In this document: positions 10,124-20,219 of the stretch, piece by piece | Layout: each line of letters opens with the position of its first letter | Position numbering within the stretch: the first letter of the stretch is position 1 | Made by a program: the position numbers and the translations under genes | The notes under the pieces: generated by a model | The model's input: only the letters and a program-made list of their open reading frames with translations | Told to the model about the DNA's origin: nothing | The model's database searches: none | DNA from: a virus | Reading direction: 5' to 3' (one strand) | DNA length: 64,000 nucleotides | IMG/VR virus record: IMGVR_UViG_3300027859_000009 | Span: 16,535-80,534 of that record

Positions 10124-11725
10124 ATGGCAGGTTTTGCAGATAAGGACCCTAGAAATGGGCCTTTTAGTACAGGTAAAAGACCATTTAGTCTAAGTAATAC
10201 ACTAAAAAGATTATCTTCATTTGGTATGAGATATGATGATTTAGTACTTAGGCAATCACAGGCTATTGGTCCTTTAGAAGATAAATTCGGATATGGCGAC
10301 ATTAACCCTATGGGTATTGACGATGATAATATGTATGCGGCATTTGCTGCATTATCAATGGCCGATACAACAATGCGAAAAAATGTACCTTTTTTCGATC
10401 AGCAATATGTTGTAAAAAGAGAAGAACTTAGAAGATTTTCAGTAAATGATGAAATTGAAGATATTTTAGATATTCTTTGTGATGAAACAATAGTATATGA
10501 TAATAAAAATTTCTTTGGTTCTCCTGAAATATTAGGAGTTGAGGTTTCTGATGGAATTCAAAAAGACTTAAATAGATATTTTAGACAAATATATCATGCA
10601 TTTGGATTTAATTCAGATCAATCTGCTTGGTACTACTTTAGGAAATGGTTAATTGACGGATATCTTGCATTTGAAATTATTTATTCACCAGATCAATCAG
10701 AAATTATAGGTTTTAAAGAATTAGACCCAGTAAGTTTAATTCCTGGATATAATAAAGATGATGGTAAAAAAGTTTGGATTCAATTTAAGGATGACCCTGT
10801 AAAAGAAAGAACTCTTTATGATTCTCAAGTAATTTATCTTTCTTATTCTTCAATAACTACAGCCTCTAGAGTATCTTATGTTGAAAGATTAACAAGGTCA
10901 TTTAACTTATTAAGAATTATGGAGCACACCAGGGTAATTTGGGCTGTTACTAATAGTTCATATAGAATGAAATTTGTAATACCTGTAGGTGGTAAATCTA
11001 AGACTAGAGCAAAACAATCTTTAGCACAACTTATGAATTCGTATAAAGAAGTTGTTGATTTTGATTGGGAATCTGCTTCAATGCAAACAAATGGACAGCC
11101 AATGTTACAATTTAATAAAGAGTATTGGTTACCAAGTAAAGACGGAGATAGTCCAGAAATAGAAACATTAGATAGTTCAGGTCCGGACCTTTCAGACACA
11201 GAAGCATTAAAATATTTTAGTGATAAATTAAAACACGTTTCTAAAATACCGTATTCAAGATTTTTATATGAAGATGGAGGTGGAGACTTTAATCTTGCTG
11301 CAGATGGAATGATTAGAGATGAAATAAAATTCAGTAAATTTGTTAAGAGACTTAGAGCAGCTTTCCAAGAAATTTTAGTTAAGCCTCTTTATTTACAAAT
11401 GTGCATTAAATATAAAGACCTTTCTGAAGACCCACAATTTAAAACTCAAGTGGCTTTAAGATATTATAAAGATAATGATTTTGCAGCATTAAAAGAAATG
11501 GAAATCATGGAACGTAGATTAGACTTCGTTTCAACAATGAGAGATTCATTGATGACAACAAATCAAGAAACTATGGAAGAAGAATACTACTTTGATATGG
11601 AGTTCTTAGTTGATAGATATCTGCAGCTTAGCCCAGATGATATTGCAGCAAATGCAGCGGCTAAAGCTAAGGAAGAAAGAGAAAAAGAAGAAGCACCTGA
11701 GCCAGAAGACCCAATGGCAATGTAA
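10124..11725 (+). CDS. gp20: portal protein (gp20)
   Basis: FRKWLIDG, NLLRIME, EYWLP..DG...EIETL, RDEIKFSKFV motifs. Confidence 0.93.
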   Translation: MAGFADKDPRNGPFSTGKRPFSLSNTLKRLSSFGMRYDDLVLRQSQAIGPLEDKFGYGDINPMGIDDDNMYAAFAALSMADTTMRKNVPFFDQQYVVKREELRRFSVNDEIEDILDILCDETIVYDNKNFFGSPEILGVEVSDGIQKDLNRYFRQIYHAFGFNSDQSAWYYFRKWLIDGYLAFEIIYSPDQSEIIGFKELDPVSLIPGYNKDDGKKVWIQFKDDPVKERTLYDSQVIYLSYSSITTASRVSYVERLTRSFNLLRIMEHTRVIWAVTNSSYRMKFVIPVGGKSKTRAKQSLAQLMNSYKEVVDFDWESASMQTNGQPMLQFNKEYWLPSKDGDSPEIETLDSSGPDLSDTEALKYFSDKLKHVSKIPYSRFLYEDGGGDFNLAADGMIRDEIKFSKFVKRLRAAFQEILVKPLYLQMCIKYKDLSEDPQFKTQVALRYYKDNDFAALKEMEIMERRLDFVSTMRDSLMTTNQETMEEEYYFDMEFLVDRYLQLSPDDIAANAAAKAKEEREKEEAPEPEDPMAM

Positions 11726-11743
11726 AAAAAAGATATATAAAAC

Positions 11744-12130
11744 ATGAAAATACAAAGAATAACATCGTACGAACAATTTTCAAGAGTTTTCGGTCCTATA
11801 AGTGAGGAAAAGAAAGAATCTTTATCTTCTATTAAAGCAGGTGATGAAAGTAAAGTTGAAGTATCAGATCAAAAAACTTCAGATGGTAAAATTATTTCTG
11901 CACAGGAGATTCTAGGTCAAATAATTGCTTCTGAAACAGAAGGAGATTTTAAAAAATATTTTTATGATAAGTATGGAACTACTAAATTCGATACTGAGAC
12001 AATGGGACAAATGGTAACAACTTACCAGGAATATAATAAAGAACTTGCAGCTGAAGAAAAGGAAGAAGAAAAGGAAGGCGGTGAAGGTGAAGGAGGTGAA
12101 GAAGATCCACTTGCAGGACTAGATGTTTAA
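11744..12130 (+). CDS. prohead core / internal protein
   Basis: Between portal and protease; ITSYEQF N-terminus; acidic tail; late motif at 11732. Confidence 0.5.
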   Translation: MKIQRITSYEQFSRVFGPISEEKKESLSSIKAGDESKVEVSDQKTSDGKIISAQEILGQIIASETEGDFKKYFYDKYGTTKFDTETMGQMVTTYQEYNKELAAEEKEEEKEGGEGEGGEEDPLAGLDV

Positions 12131-12176
12131 AAAATAAAATTTTATTAAAGATATATACAAAAAATAAGAAACAAAA

Positions 12177-14060
12177 ATGGATAAACTTATCGACAAGACA
12201 AGCAATTTTGATTTGTTAATAGTAGAGAAGTCCTCATCAATTTTAACAAAATCTGGTGATGACAAAGACTATGTTTTAGAAGGTACTTTTGGAGAGATTG
12301 ATGTTAAGAATAAAAACAACAGAATTTATACAGAAGGAGAATATTTACCACAAATTGAATCATTGCAAAATAAAATTAACTCTTCTAAGTTATTAGGAGA
12401 ATTAGACCATCCTCAGCAATTTGATATATCTTTAAAAAACGTATCGCATATTATTGAAGAATTAAGATATGATAAAGAAAATAAAAAAGTAAAAGGTAAA
12501 ATCAGACTACTTGATACCGACGCAGGAAGACAAGCTAAGGCTTTAGTAGACGCTGGTGTACCTTTACACATTAGCTCTAGGGCAGCAGGTGAAGTATCAG
12601 AAGGAGGTAAAGTAAAAATAAAGCAATTATTTACTTATGACCTCGTTGCAGACCCTGGTTTTCAAAATGCAGAATTAACAAGAGTAAATGAATCTTATGG
12701 ATATTCAAATGACGAAAACTTATTTATTTACGAGTTATTTAAAAGAAAAGAAGAAAATAAAAACCAAAACATAATAGAAAATAAAAACAAAAAAGAAATG
12801 GAAGAATTTGTAAAAACAGATGATTTCAACAACTACACAAAGTATCTTGCTGAGCAGATCAAAGGTTTAAAATCGGTTATTTCTGAATTATCAGAAAAAA
12901 CAAATAATGGTTCGGATGAAACAAATGAAACTATTGAAAATGTAACAGCACATAACGACAGTATTGTTGAACAATTAAACAATTTAACAGAGTACGTTAA
13001 ATATGTTGCAGAAAAAACAGACCAAAACATCTCATACACTGAGCATGTTGCAGAAAAAACAGACCAAAGTATTCAATATGCTGAGTACGTTGCGGAAAAA
13101 GTAGACCAAGGAATCGGATACACTGAACACGTAGCAGAATCTTTAACATCTTTAAAAGAGTATGCAAACTACGTTGCAACATCTTACAACGAAGGTGCTG
13201 AAACAACAGAAAAATTAATAGAGTATGTTGAGTATTTAAGAGGTAATGTACAAAATATCAGTGAATATGCTAATTATATTGCTGAATCTATCAACGAAAA
13301 TCTAGTAATAGAAGGCGATGATGAAACAGCAAAAGAATTCGATGAATCAGATGAAGATAACGAATTAGAAAAAGTAGGAGATAACTCTGGAGAAGCTAAT
13401 AGAGCTGATGGTGGAGCTGGTCAAGAAAAAGAAGATTTAGATAACGATTTAAAAGACGTTACTACACCTGATGAAAAAGAAGAAGCTGATAAAGAAGTTC
13501 CTAAAAATTCAGGAGCAGACGGTGCTGATGACCCGCTAGAATCATATAAAGATGAAATTTCAGGTAAATTAAGTAGTTTACTAGAAAAAGCAGCTACAAA
13601 AGAAAATAAAGACCCTCATTTCTTTAAATTAGTTAGTTCTACAACAGCAGAAAAATATAATAACTTAGATGAAAATTCTAAAACTGCAGCTAGAAAATCA
13701 ATTACTGAATCAGGATTTTTAACAGAATCTCAAATTATCAGAATCATTGAAAACGTTAATGAAGTATCAGGAAACGTTTCAAATGAGCCTTTATTTATTA
13801 CAGCTATGCCGTCTGAATATAAAGATAAATGGAATTCACTTTCAGAATCTAAGAAAAGACAAATTGTTGCACAGTCTAAGACTCGTAAATTAGAAACAGA
13901 ATATCAAGTAAGAAACTTCTGGCAAACTAGAGACCTTAGAGAATTTGCTCCAGTAATGGAAAAAGTAGAAATGATTAACGAAAGTAAAAAAGAAGAACCA
14001 AAATTACCTTATAGTCTAGATGGTGTACAAGAGGCATTATCAAAAAGATTTAATAAGTAA
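12177..14060 (+). CDS. gp21: prohead protease (gp21) fused to scaffold/core (gp22-like)
   Basis: NKNNRIY, GELDHP, VSH, ISSRAAG, YDLVADPGF motifs, then a long acidic helical region. Confidence 0.88.
   Translation: MDKLIDKTSNFDLLIVEKSSSILTKSGDDKDYVLEGTFGEIDVKNKNNRIYTEGEYLPQIESLQNKINSSKLLGELDHPQQFDISLKNVSHIIEELRYDKENKKVKGKIRLLDTDAGRQAKALVDAGVPLHISSRAAGEVSEGGKVKIKQLFTYDLVADPGFQNAELTRVNESYGYSNDENLFIYELFKRKEENKNQNIIENKNKKEMEEFVKTDDFNNYTKYLAEQIKGLKSVISELSEKTNNGSDETNETIENVTAHNDSIVEQLNNLTEYVKYVAEKTDQNISYTEHVAEKTDQSIQYAEYVAEKVDQGIGYTEHVAESLTSLKEYANYVATSYNEGAETTEKLIEYVEYLRGNVQNISEYANYIAESINENLVIEGDDETAKEFDESDEDNELEKVGDNSGEANRADGGAGQEKEDLDNDLKDVTTPDEKEEADKEVPKNSGADGADDPLESYKDEISGKLSSLLEKAATKENKDPHFFKLVSSTTAEKYNNLDENSKTAARKSITESGFLTESQIIRIIENVNEVSGNVSNEPLFITAMPSEYKDKWNSLSESKKRQIVAQSKTRKLETEYQVRNFWQTRDLREFAPVMEKVEMINESKKEEPKLPYSLDGVQEALSKRFNK
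12993..13180 (+). repeat. 42-bp (14-aa) tandem coding repeat in the scaffold region
   Basis: YVKYVAEKTDQNIS / YTEHVAEKTDQSIQ / YAEYVAEKVDQGIG / YTEHVAESLTSLKE. Confidence 0.85.
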
Positions 14061-14082
14061 TAAAATTCTATTTTTGTTTTTT

Positions 14083-14109
14083 AAAGCCCAGAATTTTCTG
14101 GGCTTTTTT
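14083..14109 (+). terminator. intrinsic terminator
   Basis: AAAGCCCAGAA-TT-TTCTGGGCTTTTTT. Confidence 0.85.
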
Positions 14110-14146
14110 ATGTTCCTAGAAAGATATATAATAAAAAACATCAGTT

Positions 14147-14338
14147 ATGATTAAACATATATTTCACTTATTACCGGTTATTTTATGCTTAGGGTTTTCT
14201 ATCCTTTGGCCTTTTTGGTTAGCAAACGGATATTTAGATACTTTATACCTTAAAGCAGCAACTTTTATAGCGGCTTATGGTGGCTTTATAGGAGGTACTG
14301 TATGGTACATTCAATGGGTTAAAAGAAACAAAAGATAA
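14147..14338 (+). CDS. small membrane protein
   Basis: Two hydrophobic segments; late motif at 14123. Confidence 0.55.
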   Translation: MIKHIFHLLPVILCLGFSILWPFWLANGYLDTLYLKAATFIAAYGGFIGGTVWYIQWVKRNKR

Positions 14339-14439
14339 TCCTATAATCAAATACTCTACTTTTATTTAAAAAATATACAACTTTATTATATGATTCTAGT
14401 TATATAATATTAATGTAGTATTTTATTGAAAAATAAAAA

Positions 14440-14447
14440 GATATATA
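14440..14447 (+). promoter_or_regulatory. class III (late) promoter GATATATA of the major capsid gene
   Basis: Same octamer at 6983, 11732, 12150, 14123, 16010, 23692, 28450, 30805, 32984, 46347, 48492, 50804, 53457, 54332, 54956, 55301, 60699, 62561; AATATATA variants at 10094 and 25948. Confidence 0.75.
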
Positions 14448-14533
14448 AAACATATTCGACGATTTGGCTAAAGAAGCAGAAAGCCATGTAAATAATGTCG
14501 AAAACTAAAACGCAAAAAAATAAATTTAACAAA

Positions 14534-15946
14534 ATGGCAAATTTAATTAACGAAGCGGAAATTAGAGATACATGGTCACCGATTATTGAATCGGCAACTG
14601 GTATCAAAGACGCTGAAAAATTATCATGGATGTCTGAGTACTGTCACAATCACAAACTTTACGAAGACGCAAACATCATGTCCCTTAACCCAGGAATGAA
14701 CTTAACAGGTATGGGTGCAGTAGCATTCCCATCAAACTTTGACGGTGCAGCTGACGGTTCAGGAGACAAAGCTCCAACTTTACTTCCTTTAGCGATGCAA
14801 GTTGCAGCTCAAACAATCGGATTAGACTTAGTACCAGTTGTACCAATGGCTGGACCTATGGGTCTTTTATCTTACCTAGACTTCGTATACGAAGGAGGTA
14901 CTTTAGGTGCTGGAGCTTCCGGTGCTGATGGTACTGTAGCACCTACATACATCAAATCAGGAGCAACTGCTGCTTCTACTGGTGATACTATCGTAGGTAC
15001 ATCTAGAATTGACGGAAAATCAATCATCAAAATTGGAGCAACAACTGAAGCTGCAGCACCAGTAACTAACACTTACGCTGACGCTGAATTAGTTGCTGCA
15101 TTAGACGACCATATCCCTGGTTTCGTTGGAAATGATGATGGAACTCCATACACTAGAGAAGTTGGTGAATCAACTCCGGACAGAGTTATGGGTCTTTCAT
15201 TGTTCAGTAAATCAGTAGACGCTAGAACTTATCAAGTTGCTGCTGCAGTTACTAGAGAGCAAGTACAAGATTTAAAACAATTCGGTGTAGATGCAGTTGC
15301 TCAAGTAGAGGCTGTATTAACTAACGAGCTTACTCAAACAATCAATGATTTAATTATCAATAACATCGATTCACTTGCTACTGCTAACATGGCAGCTGCT
15401 GGTATCGCTGGAAACTTAAACGTAGCTTTAACTCCTGTTGCATCTGCAGCTGGTGGTGCTACTGAAGGTTCACAACACAGAAAAGTATTAACAGGTATTC
15501 TTGCTGCTGCTAACTTAATTGCTAACAGAGGTAGAAGAGGTGCTGGTAACTTTGCTGTAGTTGGACCACAGGTTGCTACATTAATTCAATCGGTTTCAGG
15601 ATTTGTTCCTAACCCATTCGCTAACACGGCAAACCAATCAGCAGGTGCTATTTATCCTGTAGGTTCTGTTGCTGGTGTACAAGTTTATACTAACCCAAAA
15701 TGGAATTGGTCTTACAATGAAGTATTAGTTGGTAGAAAAGGAGACGGAAACGGACCTGGATTAGTATTCATGCCTTACTTAATGGCAGAATCAGTACAAA
15801 CAATTGCTGAAGGAACTATGGCTCCTAAAGTAGCTGTTAAGTCTAGATTCAGAATCGTTGAAGCTGGTTTCCACCCAGAAACACAATATGCAAAATTTGC
15901 AATTACTGTTGCTGGTGGTGGTACTGATTTAGTAAACATCGCTTAA
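14534..15946 (+). CDS. gp23: major capsid protein (gp23)
   Basis: LVPVVPMAGPMG, EQVQDLK, ELTQTIN, RGRRGAGNF, FMPY, KSRF motifs; strong codon bias; start ATG 14534 (MANLINEAE). Confidence 0.95.
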   Translation: MANLINEAEIRDTWSPIIESATGIKDAEKLSWMSEYCHNHKLYEDANIMSLNPGMNLTGMGAVAFPSNFDGAADGSGDKAPTLLPLAMQVAAQTIGLDLVPVVPMAGPMGLLSYLDFVYEGGTLGAGASGADGTVAPTYIKSGATAASTGDTIVGTSRIDGKSIIKIGATTEAAAPVTNTYADAELVAALDDHIPGFVGNDDGTPYTREVGESTPDRVMGLSLFSKSVDARTYQVAAAVTREQVQDLKQFGVDAVAQVEAVLTNELTQTINDLIINNIDSLATANMAAAGIAGNLNVALTPVASAAGGATEGSQHRKVLTGILAAANLIANRGRRGAGNFAVVGPQVATLIQSVSGFVPNPFANTANQSAGAIYPVGSVAGVQVYTNPKWNWSYNEVLVGRKGDGNGPGLVFMPYLMAESVQTIAEGTMAPKVAVKSRFRIVEAGFHPETQYAKFAITVAGGGTDLVNIA

Positions 15947-15971
15947 TAAACTTTTAATAGTTTTAAGATAT

Positions 15972-15997
15972 AAAGGGAAACGTAAGTTTCCCTTTTT
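15972..15997 (+). terminator. intrinsic terminator after the capsid gene
   Basis: AAAGGGAAAC-GTAA-GTTTCCCTTTTT. Confidence 0.88.
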
Positions 15998-16046
15998 CTG
16001 ATTTAAAAGGATATATACTATATTAATCTAAATAAAATTAACAAAA

Positions 16047-17072
16047 ATGAAAAGATTTTACCTAAAAGAAAATTTAAAAACATACAGTGAGTTTACATCA
16101 CTTAATGAAGAAATCAATATTGAAAACCAACAAGAAACCTCTATATCAGGTCAAGATATTGAGGGCGATGTCATAACTGGAGATAATCTTTCCGGTGAAA
16201 TTGATACCATCTTAGATAAATTAAAAGAATTAGAAGATGGAATAGAAGAAGAACTTGCGGTTAAATATTTAGGTCTTATAGAAGATAGAGACCTTTTTGA
16301 AGAAGAAGATGGCGCAATGGCCAAAATAAAAGATTTTGTATTTGTAGCACCTAAAGTTACAAAAATGCAGAAAAAAGCTAATAAAATTAGACTTAATAAA
16401 GAGGTCTTAGATATGACTGTACAAAATCCTGAAATAGATGGTAAGAAAAAGAAATCGTTAGAACAAAAAAGAGACGGACTTAAAGACCAACTTAAAGATT
16501 TAGAAAATGCAGTTACCCAATATCAAAAAGATAACGGTGGAAAATATTCTGCTAGAAAACTTGCTAAAACAAAAATTGAAGGTCAATTAGCAGCTATTAA
16601 GAAAAAGACTGGTATGTCAGATGACCCAAAACAGCAAAAGTCATTAGCACAAGATGCTAAAGAACTTGCAGTAAGATACAAAGAAGAAGTTGCAGCAACA
16701 AAAGAAATTGCAGATGCTGATAAGCCTTCACCGGAAGAAGTAGCTAAAGCTAAAGCTGATGAAATCAAAACTCAAAGAAAAGAACTTATCGATAAGAAAG
16801 AGTCTACTGATGATAAAAAAGCACAAGCAACTTTACAAGTAGAAATAGAAACACTTAACGTAAAAATAGCTGCATTAGAGAAAGAAGGTGAAGCAGAAGC
16901 TAAACAAGATTTAAAAGATGCTAAGGCAAAATTAGCAGAAATTGAATCTGGAGGAGCAGAAGCAGAAGCAGGAGCTGAAGGAGAAGCAGGAGCTGAAGGA
17001 GAAGCAGGAGCTAAAGGATATAATGAGTCTGAATTTGATGGTTCTGGTAGAAGTTTACCTATCGCAGAATAG
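16047..17072 (+). CDS. coiled-coil late protein, probable internal head protein
   Basis: LKTYSEFTSLNEE near N-terminus; K/E-rich; EAGAEG repeats; late motif at 16010. Confidence 0.55.
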   Translation: MKRFYLKENLKTYSEFTSLNEEINIENQQETSISGQDIEGDVITGDNLSGEIDTILDKLKELEDGIEEELAVKYLGLIEDRDLFEEEDGAMAKIKDFVFVAPKVTKMQKKANKIRLNKEVLDMTVQNPEIDGKKKKSLEQKRDGLKDQLKDLENAVTQYQKDNGGKYSARKLAKTKIEGQLAAIKKKTGMSDDPKQQKSLAQDAKELAVRYKEEVAATKEIADADKPSPEEVAKAKADEIKTQRKELIDKKESTDDKKAQATLQVEIETLNVKIAALEKEGEAEAKQDLKDAKAKLAEIESGGAEAEAGAEGEAGAEGEAGAKGYNESEFDGSGRSLPIAE

Positions 17073-17083
17073 TATTTTTTAAA

Positions 17084-17695
17084 ATGATACCTAAGATAAT
17101 ACACCAAATATGGATAGGAGATAAACCTATCCCAGAAAAATGTAAAGCTTTTAGTGCAAAAATGAAGCAACTACATCCAGACTGGAAATATGTTTTTTGG
17201 GACAATAATAAAATATTTAACGAAGTTTATAAAGAAGATGAATATCTGCAAAGCTACTACGAGGATATTAATACCCATTTTAAACCTGCCCATATTGCGG
17301 ATAGAGCTAGACTTTTAATATTAAGAGATTTTGGAGGAGTTTACGTGGATATGGATGCTAACCCTATAAAATCGTTTAATAATATTCATGAAAAACTAAA
17401 CGAATCAATTACTTTTTTTGGAGGTGTTAGGCCTAAAAGTAAAGAAGAAAAAAGAGGAGCATTAATAGACTGTACTGTTTTAGGAGCTGAAAAAAACTCA
17501 AGAATAATCAATGAGGTTTTAAAAATTTATAAGAGTAAAAATTGGGCATGGGGAGGAAGAGCACTTTCTGATAAAATGTTTGAAAATTTAGGACCTGATG
17601 TTGCACTTTTTAACTATAAAAAATTTTACGATACAGAAATAACAGAAGAAACTATAGTTTCTCATGACTCAAATAGACTATGGTCTTGGTTATAA
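17084..17695 (+). CDS. DXD glycosyltransferase (GT32/OCH1-like sugar-binding)
   Basis: MIPKIIHQIWIG, ADRARL...FGGVYVDMD. Confidence 0.85.
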   Translation: MIPKIIHQIWIGDKPIPEKCKAFSAKMKQLHPDWKYVFWDNNKIFNEVYKEDEYLQSYYEDINTHFKPAHIADRARLLILRDFGGVYVDMDANPIKSFNNIHEKLNESITFFGGVRPKSKEEKRGALIDCTVLGAEKNSRIINEVLKIYKSKNWAWGGRALSDKMFENLGPDVALFNYKKFYDTEITEETIVSHDSNRLWSWL

Positions 17696-17696
17696 T

Positions 17697-18188
17697 CTAA
17701 GATTTCTTACCCTTTTTAACAATACGTATAAACTCTTGTTGGTCTTCCAGCAGGAGTTTTTTACAATATTTTCGAAATTCAATACTGCTTTTAAGAATAC
17801 GACTATCTACCATACTTTGTTTCAGGATATCAGAATACTCAGGGTGAATAAAATTTTCAAGCTGAAAGTTATTAAATTTAGCTTTAATGGGTTTACGACT
17901 TATTGCGCAGAACCAATCTATGGTATCATACGAATTAATTAGCTCTTCCATCTTAACAGGTGTTTGATTTGTCCAATCATAATAAAACTTATCTCTTAAA
18001 ACGGTGTTTTTTAGTTTTAACTCTTTTTGTTTAATTCTAAGAATTTGCTCCATAAAAACCATATCATTTTTCCATCTACGTAGATTTCTGTGTTCTATCA
18101 TAAATTTACGAAGAGTTCTAGGAAGGCCATCAAGTCTTACTCCATGCCGATGAGCCTGTTTAGGATTGTTTGAGCGTTTTATTTGCAT
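17697..18188 (-). CDS. hypothetical basic protein (only credible minus-strand gene)
   Basis: 163-aa ORF filling the gap; AATATATAAAT just upstream on the minus strand. Confidence 0.65.
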   Translation of the reverse strand: MQIKRSNNPKQAHRHGVRLDGLPRTLRKFMIEHRNLRRWKNDMVFMEQILRIKQKELKLKNTVLRDKFYYDWTNQTPVKMEELINSYDTIDWFCAISRKPIKAKFNNFQLENFIHPEYSDILKQSMVDSRILKSSIEFRKYCKKLLLEDQQEFIRIVKKGKKS

Positions 18189-18220
18189 TTATTTATATAT
18201 TTGTTAAAAATAATTGCCCT

Positions 18221-18262
18221 CAGATTTTTTTATGTCGTTTATAATGATTATATTTATACTAT
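18221..18262 (+). promoter_or_regulatory. class I (putative early) promoter repeat
   Basis: CAGATTTTTTTATGTCGTTTAT-N6-TATATTTATACT. Confidence 0.8.
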
Positions 18263-18283
18263 ATTAATCAAAACGAATAAATT

Positions 18284-18850
18284 ATGGAATTTTTACACTA
18301 CTTAGGAAAAGGATTAGGATGGTTACTAATGTACGGTGCCATTGCGGCATCAATAATATACAGTGTATTGCTACTATTCGGTTTAATAATATATTCTACT
18401 AGATATGTTATTTGGAAATTAATCTTAAGAAAAGAAACTTCAACTGAGTTTCTTGATAGACTTGCTATAGAAAAAGGATATACGTCATATCAGGAGATGC
18501 GTGATATATGGAAGAACCAGTTCGGCTCACATTTTGAGTGGTCTTACTACGCAGCATCTGAACAGAACCTTGAACCCTATCTTGAAGAAGAAGACAGGAC
18601 TGATCGAGAATATAGCAAAATGTATGACAATTTGTATGATATTTATAGAAAACACAACGAAACTTATAATAATCCATGGAAGAAAAGATGGTATATCTTA
18701 ACTGATTACAAATTTACAGCTAATAAAGAATGGAAAGGCGAGGCTTTTGTAGTTGCAGCAACCACGTTCATTATTTCAATATCAGCATATATGATAGCAG
18801 CACTCACATATTATATGGAGCATGGACAAAAGATGCCTCTACTATTTTAA
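18284..18850 (+). CDS. hypothetical membrane protein
   Basis: N- and C-terminal hydrophobic helices. Confidence 0.6.
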   Translation: MEFLHYLGKGLGWLLMYGAIAASIIYSVLLLFGLIIYSTRYVIWKLILRKETSTEFLDRLAIEKGYTSYQEMRDIWKNQFGSHFEWSYYAASEQNLEPYLEEEDRTDREYSKMYDNLYDIYRKHNETYNNPWKKRWYILTDYKFTANKEWKGEAFVVAATTFIISISAYMIAALTYYMEHGQKMPLLF

Positions 18851-18873
18851 AAAAAGTGAAAAATAAATCACTC

Positions 18874-18915
18874 CAGATTTTTTTATGTCGTTTATTTTTC
18901 TTATATTTATACTGT
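18874..18915 (+). promoter_or_regulatory. class I promoter repeat
   Basis: Same 42-bp motif. Confidence 0.8.
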
Positions 18916-18936
18916 AACAAATTAATAATAACAACA

Positions 18937-19104
18937 ATGAAATTACCTTTTGAACTTAAATTTTTATTAACAATTATAATAATGGCAATCTTTATTATTT
19001 GGATTCCAGTATTATTCGCTTTGAATATTGAAGATATCAGAATTTTAATACCAATTTGCACAGTATATGGATTTTGTTTAGGTAAATTAATTGCAAATAA
19101 CTAA
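18937..19104 (+). CDS. small two-TM membrane protein
   Basis: MKLPFELKFLL...; start reassigned to downstream of the promoter. Confidence 0.6.
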   Translation: MKLPFELKFLLTIIIMAIFIIWIPVLFALNIEDIRILIPICTVYGFCLGKLIANN

Positions 19105-19107
19105 AAA

Positions 19108-19845
19108 ATGAATTTAGAAAACTTAAATTTCACATCACCTGAACAGCATATACCAGCTGTTACTATCCCAGCAAAAACTTATATTTTTGCAGAAGAACTA
19201 GAAAAAGCAGTACTTAAGTACATGGAAGATAGATATCATTATCTTGCAGAAGGAAGACATATCCTTGATGACTTAAGTCCATCGTCTTATATTAAGAACC
19301 TCGCAAATATTTTCACAAAAGTATCATATCATGATATTGAAAAGCACTTTAATGCTCTTGGTGAAAAAATCACGGCTGAAAGATTAAAAAAAGAAAGAGA
19401 AGAGTATTTTGAACATCATGGCATTGATGTTAAAATAGACTCAGAAATGTTACTTCAATCATGTAAGTTTTTAAGAGAAAGGTTTCTTAAAAATAGACCT
19501 ACGAAAGGATGGAATACAAATAAAATGGACAAATGGAGACTTCAAAACGAAGAACTACTCTATGAAGAACTTGGTTTAAAAACATATACAAAATCTGATA
19601 AAAATTGTTTAGACCTTAGAGGCTATGAAGACATAGACATCATAATTCACACTGATGGAATATTCCCAAGAAATGAGTGGGAGGCTGATAGAGGAATGGA
19701 ATCTTTCTACATTAAAGCCCATTTTCCTAACGAATTTAGATGGGCAGAGCAGAAAAAACACGGTTCAGTAGGTATCTTAGAGATATACTACAGCAAGCGC
19801 AAAAATGAAATAAGAAATAATACAAACACAATAAAAATTAAATAA
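19108..19845 (+). CDS. hypothetical protein
   Basis: 245-aa ORF in operon. Confidence 0.65.
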   Translation: MNLENLNFTSPEQHIPAVTIPAKTYIFAEELEKAVLKYMEDRYHYLAEGRHILDDLSPSSYIKNLANIFTKVSYHDIEKHFNALGEKITAERLKKEREEYFEHHGIDVKIDSEMLLQSCKFLRERFLKNRPTKGWNTNKMDKWRLQNEELLYEELGLKTYTKSDKNCLDLRGYEDIDIIIHTDGIFPRNEWEADRGMESFYIKAHFPNEFRWAEQKKHGSVGILEIYYSKRKNEIRNNTNTIKIK

Positions 19846-19846
19846 A

Positions 19847-20209
19847 ATGAGAAAAAGAAGAATAGATTGGTTTAGAGTAACAATGGTAGGTACTTTTGTA
19901 TTGGTAGCAGCAATAATACTAGGAGGTATTGGCTTAGAAGTAGCGTACTATCAAACATCAGATACTGTTACATTTACAGTAACGGATAAAGAAACAAAAG
20001 TAACATCAGATGGAGAACACGTATCTTCAAAGTATATTGTCTTTACAGAAAACGAAACCTTTGAAAATACAGACCTTTTATTTGGGGGTAAATTTAACTC
20101 TTCAGATATCCAAGGAAAACTTAAAAGAGGAGAAACATACACTGCTGAGGTTTATGGATGGAGAGTTCCTTTCTTCTCAATGTACAGAAATATAGTAGTA
20201 ATTAAATAA
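19847..20209 (+). CDS. membrane-anchored protein (DUF1523-like)
   Basis: N-terminal TM, VTDKE...ENTD...KFNSSD...GWRVPFFSMYRNI. Confidence 0.6.
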   Translation: MRKRRIDWFRVTMVGTFVLVAAIILGGIGLEVAYYQTSDTVTFTVTDKETKVTSDGEHVSSKYIVFTENETFENTDLLFGGKFNSSDIQGKLKRGETYTAEVYGWRVPFFSMYRNIVVIK

Positions 20210-20219
20210 AATAATAAAA

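Noticed and set aside
14495-14533. Upstream ATG for the capsid gene
   Set aside because: Lies inside the leader stem; ATG 14534 has the typical A-rich context
16960-17015. 18-bp EAGAEG tandem repeat as a functional DNA element
   Set aside because: Short in-frame low-complexity linker, most simply explained by slippage
18730-18936. N-terminal extension of the 18730-19104 ORF
   Set aside because: It runs through the previous gene and the class I promoter; the likely start is 18937
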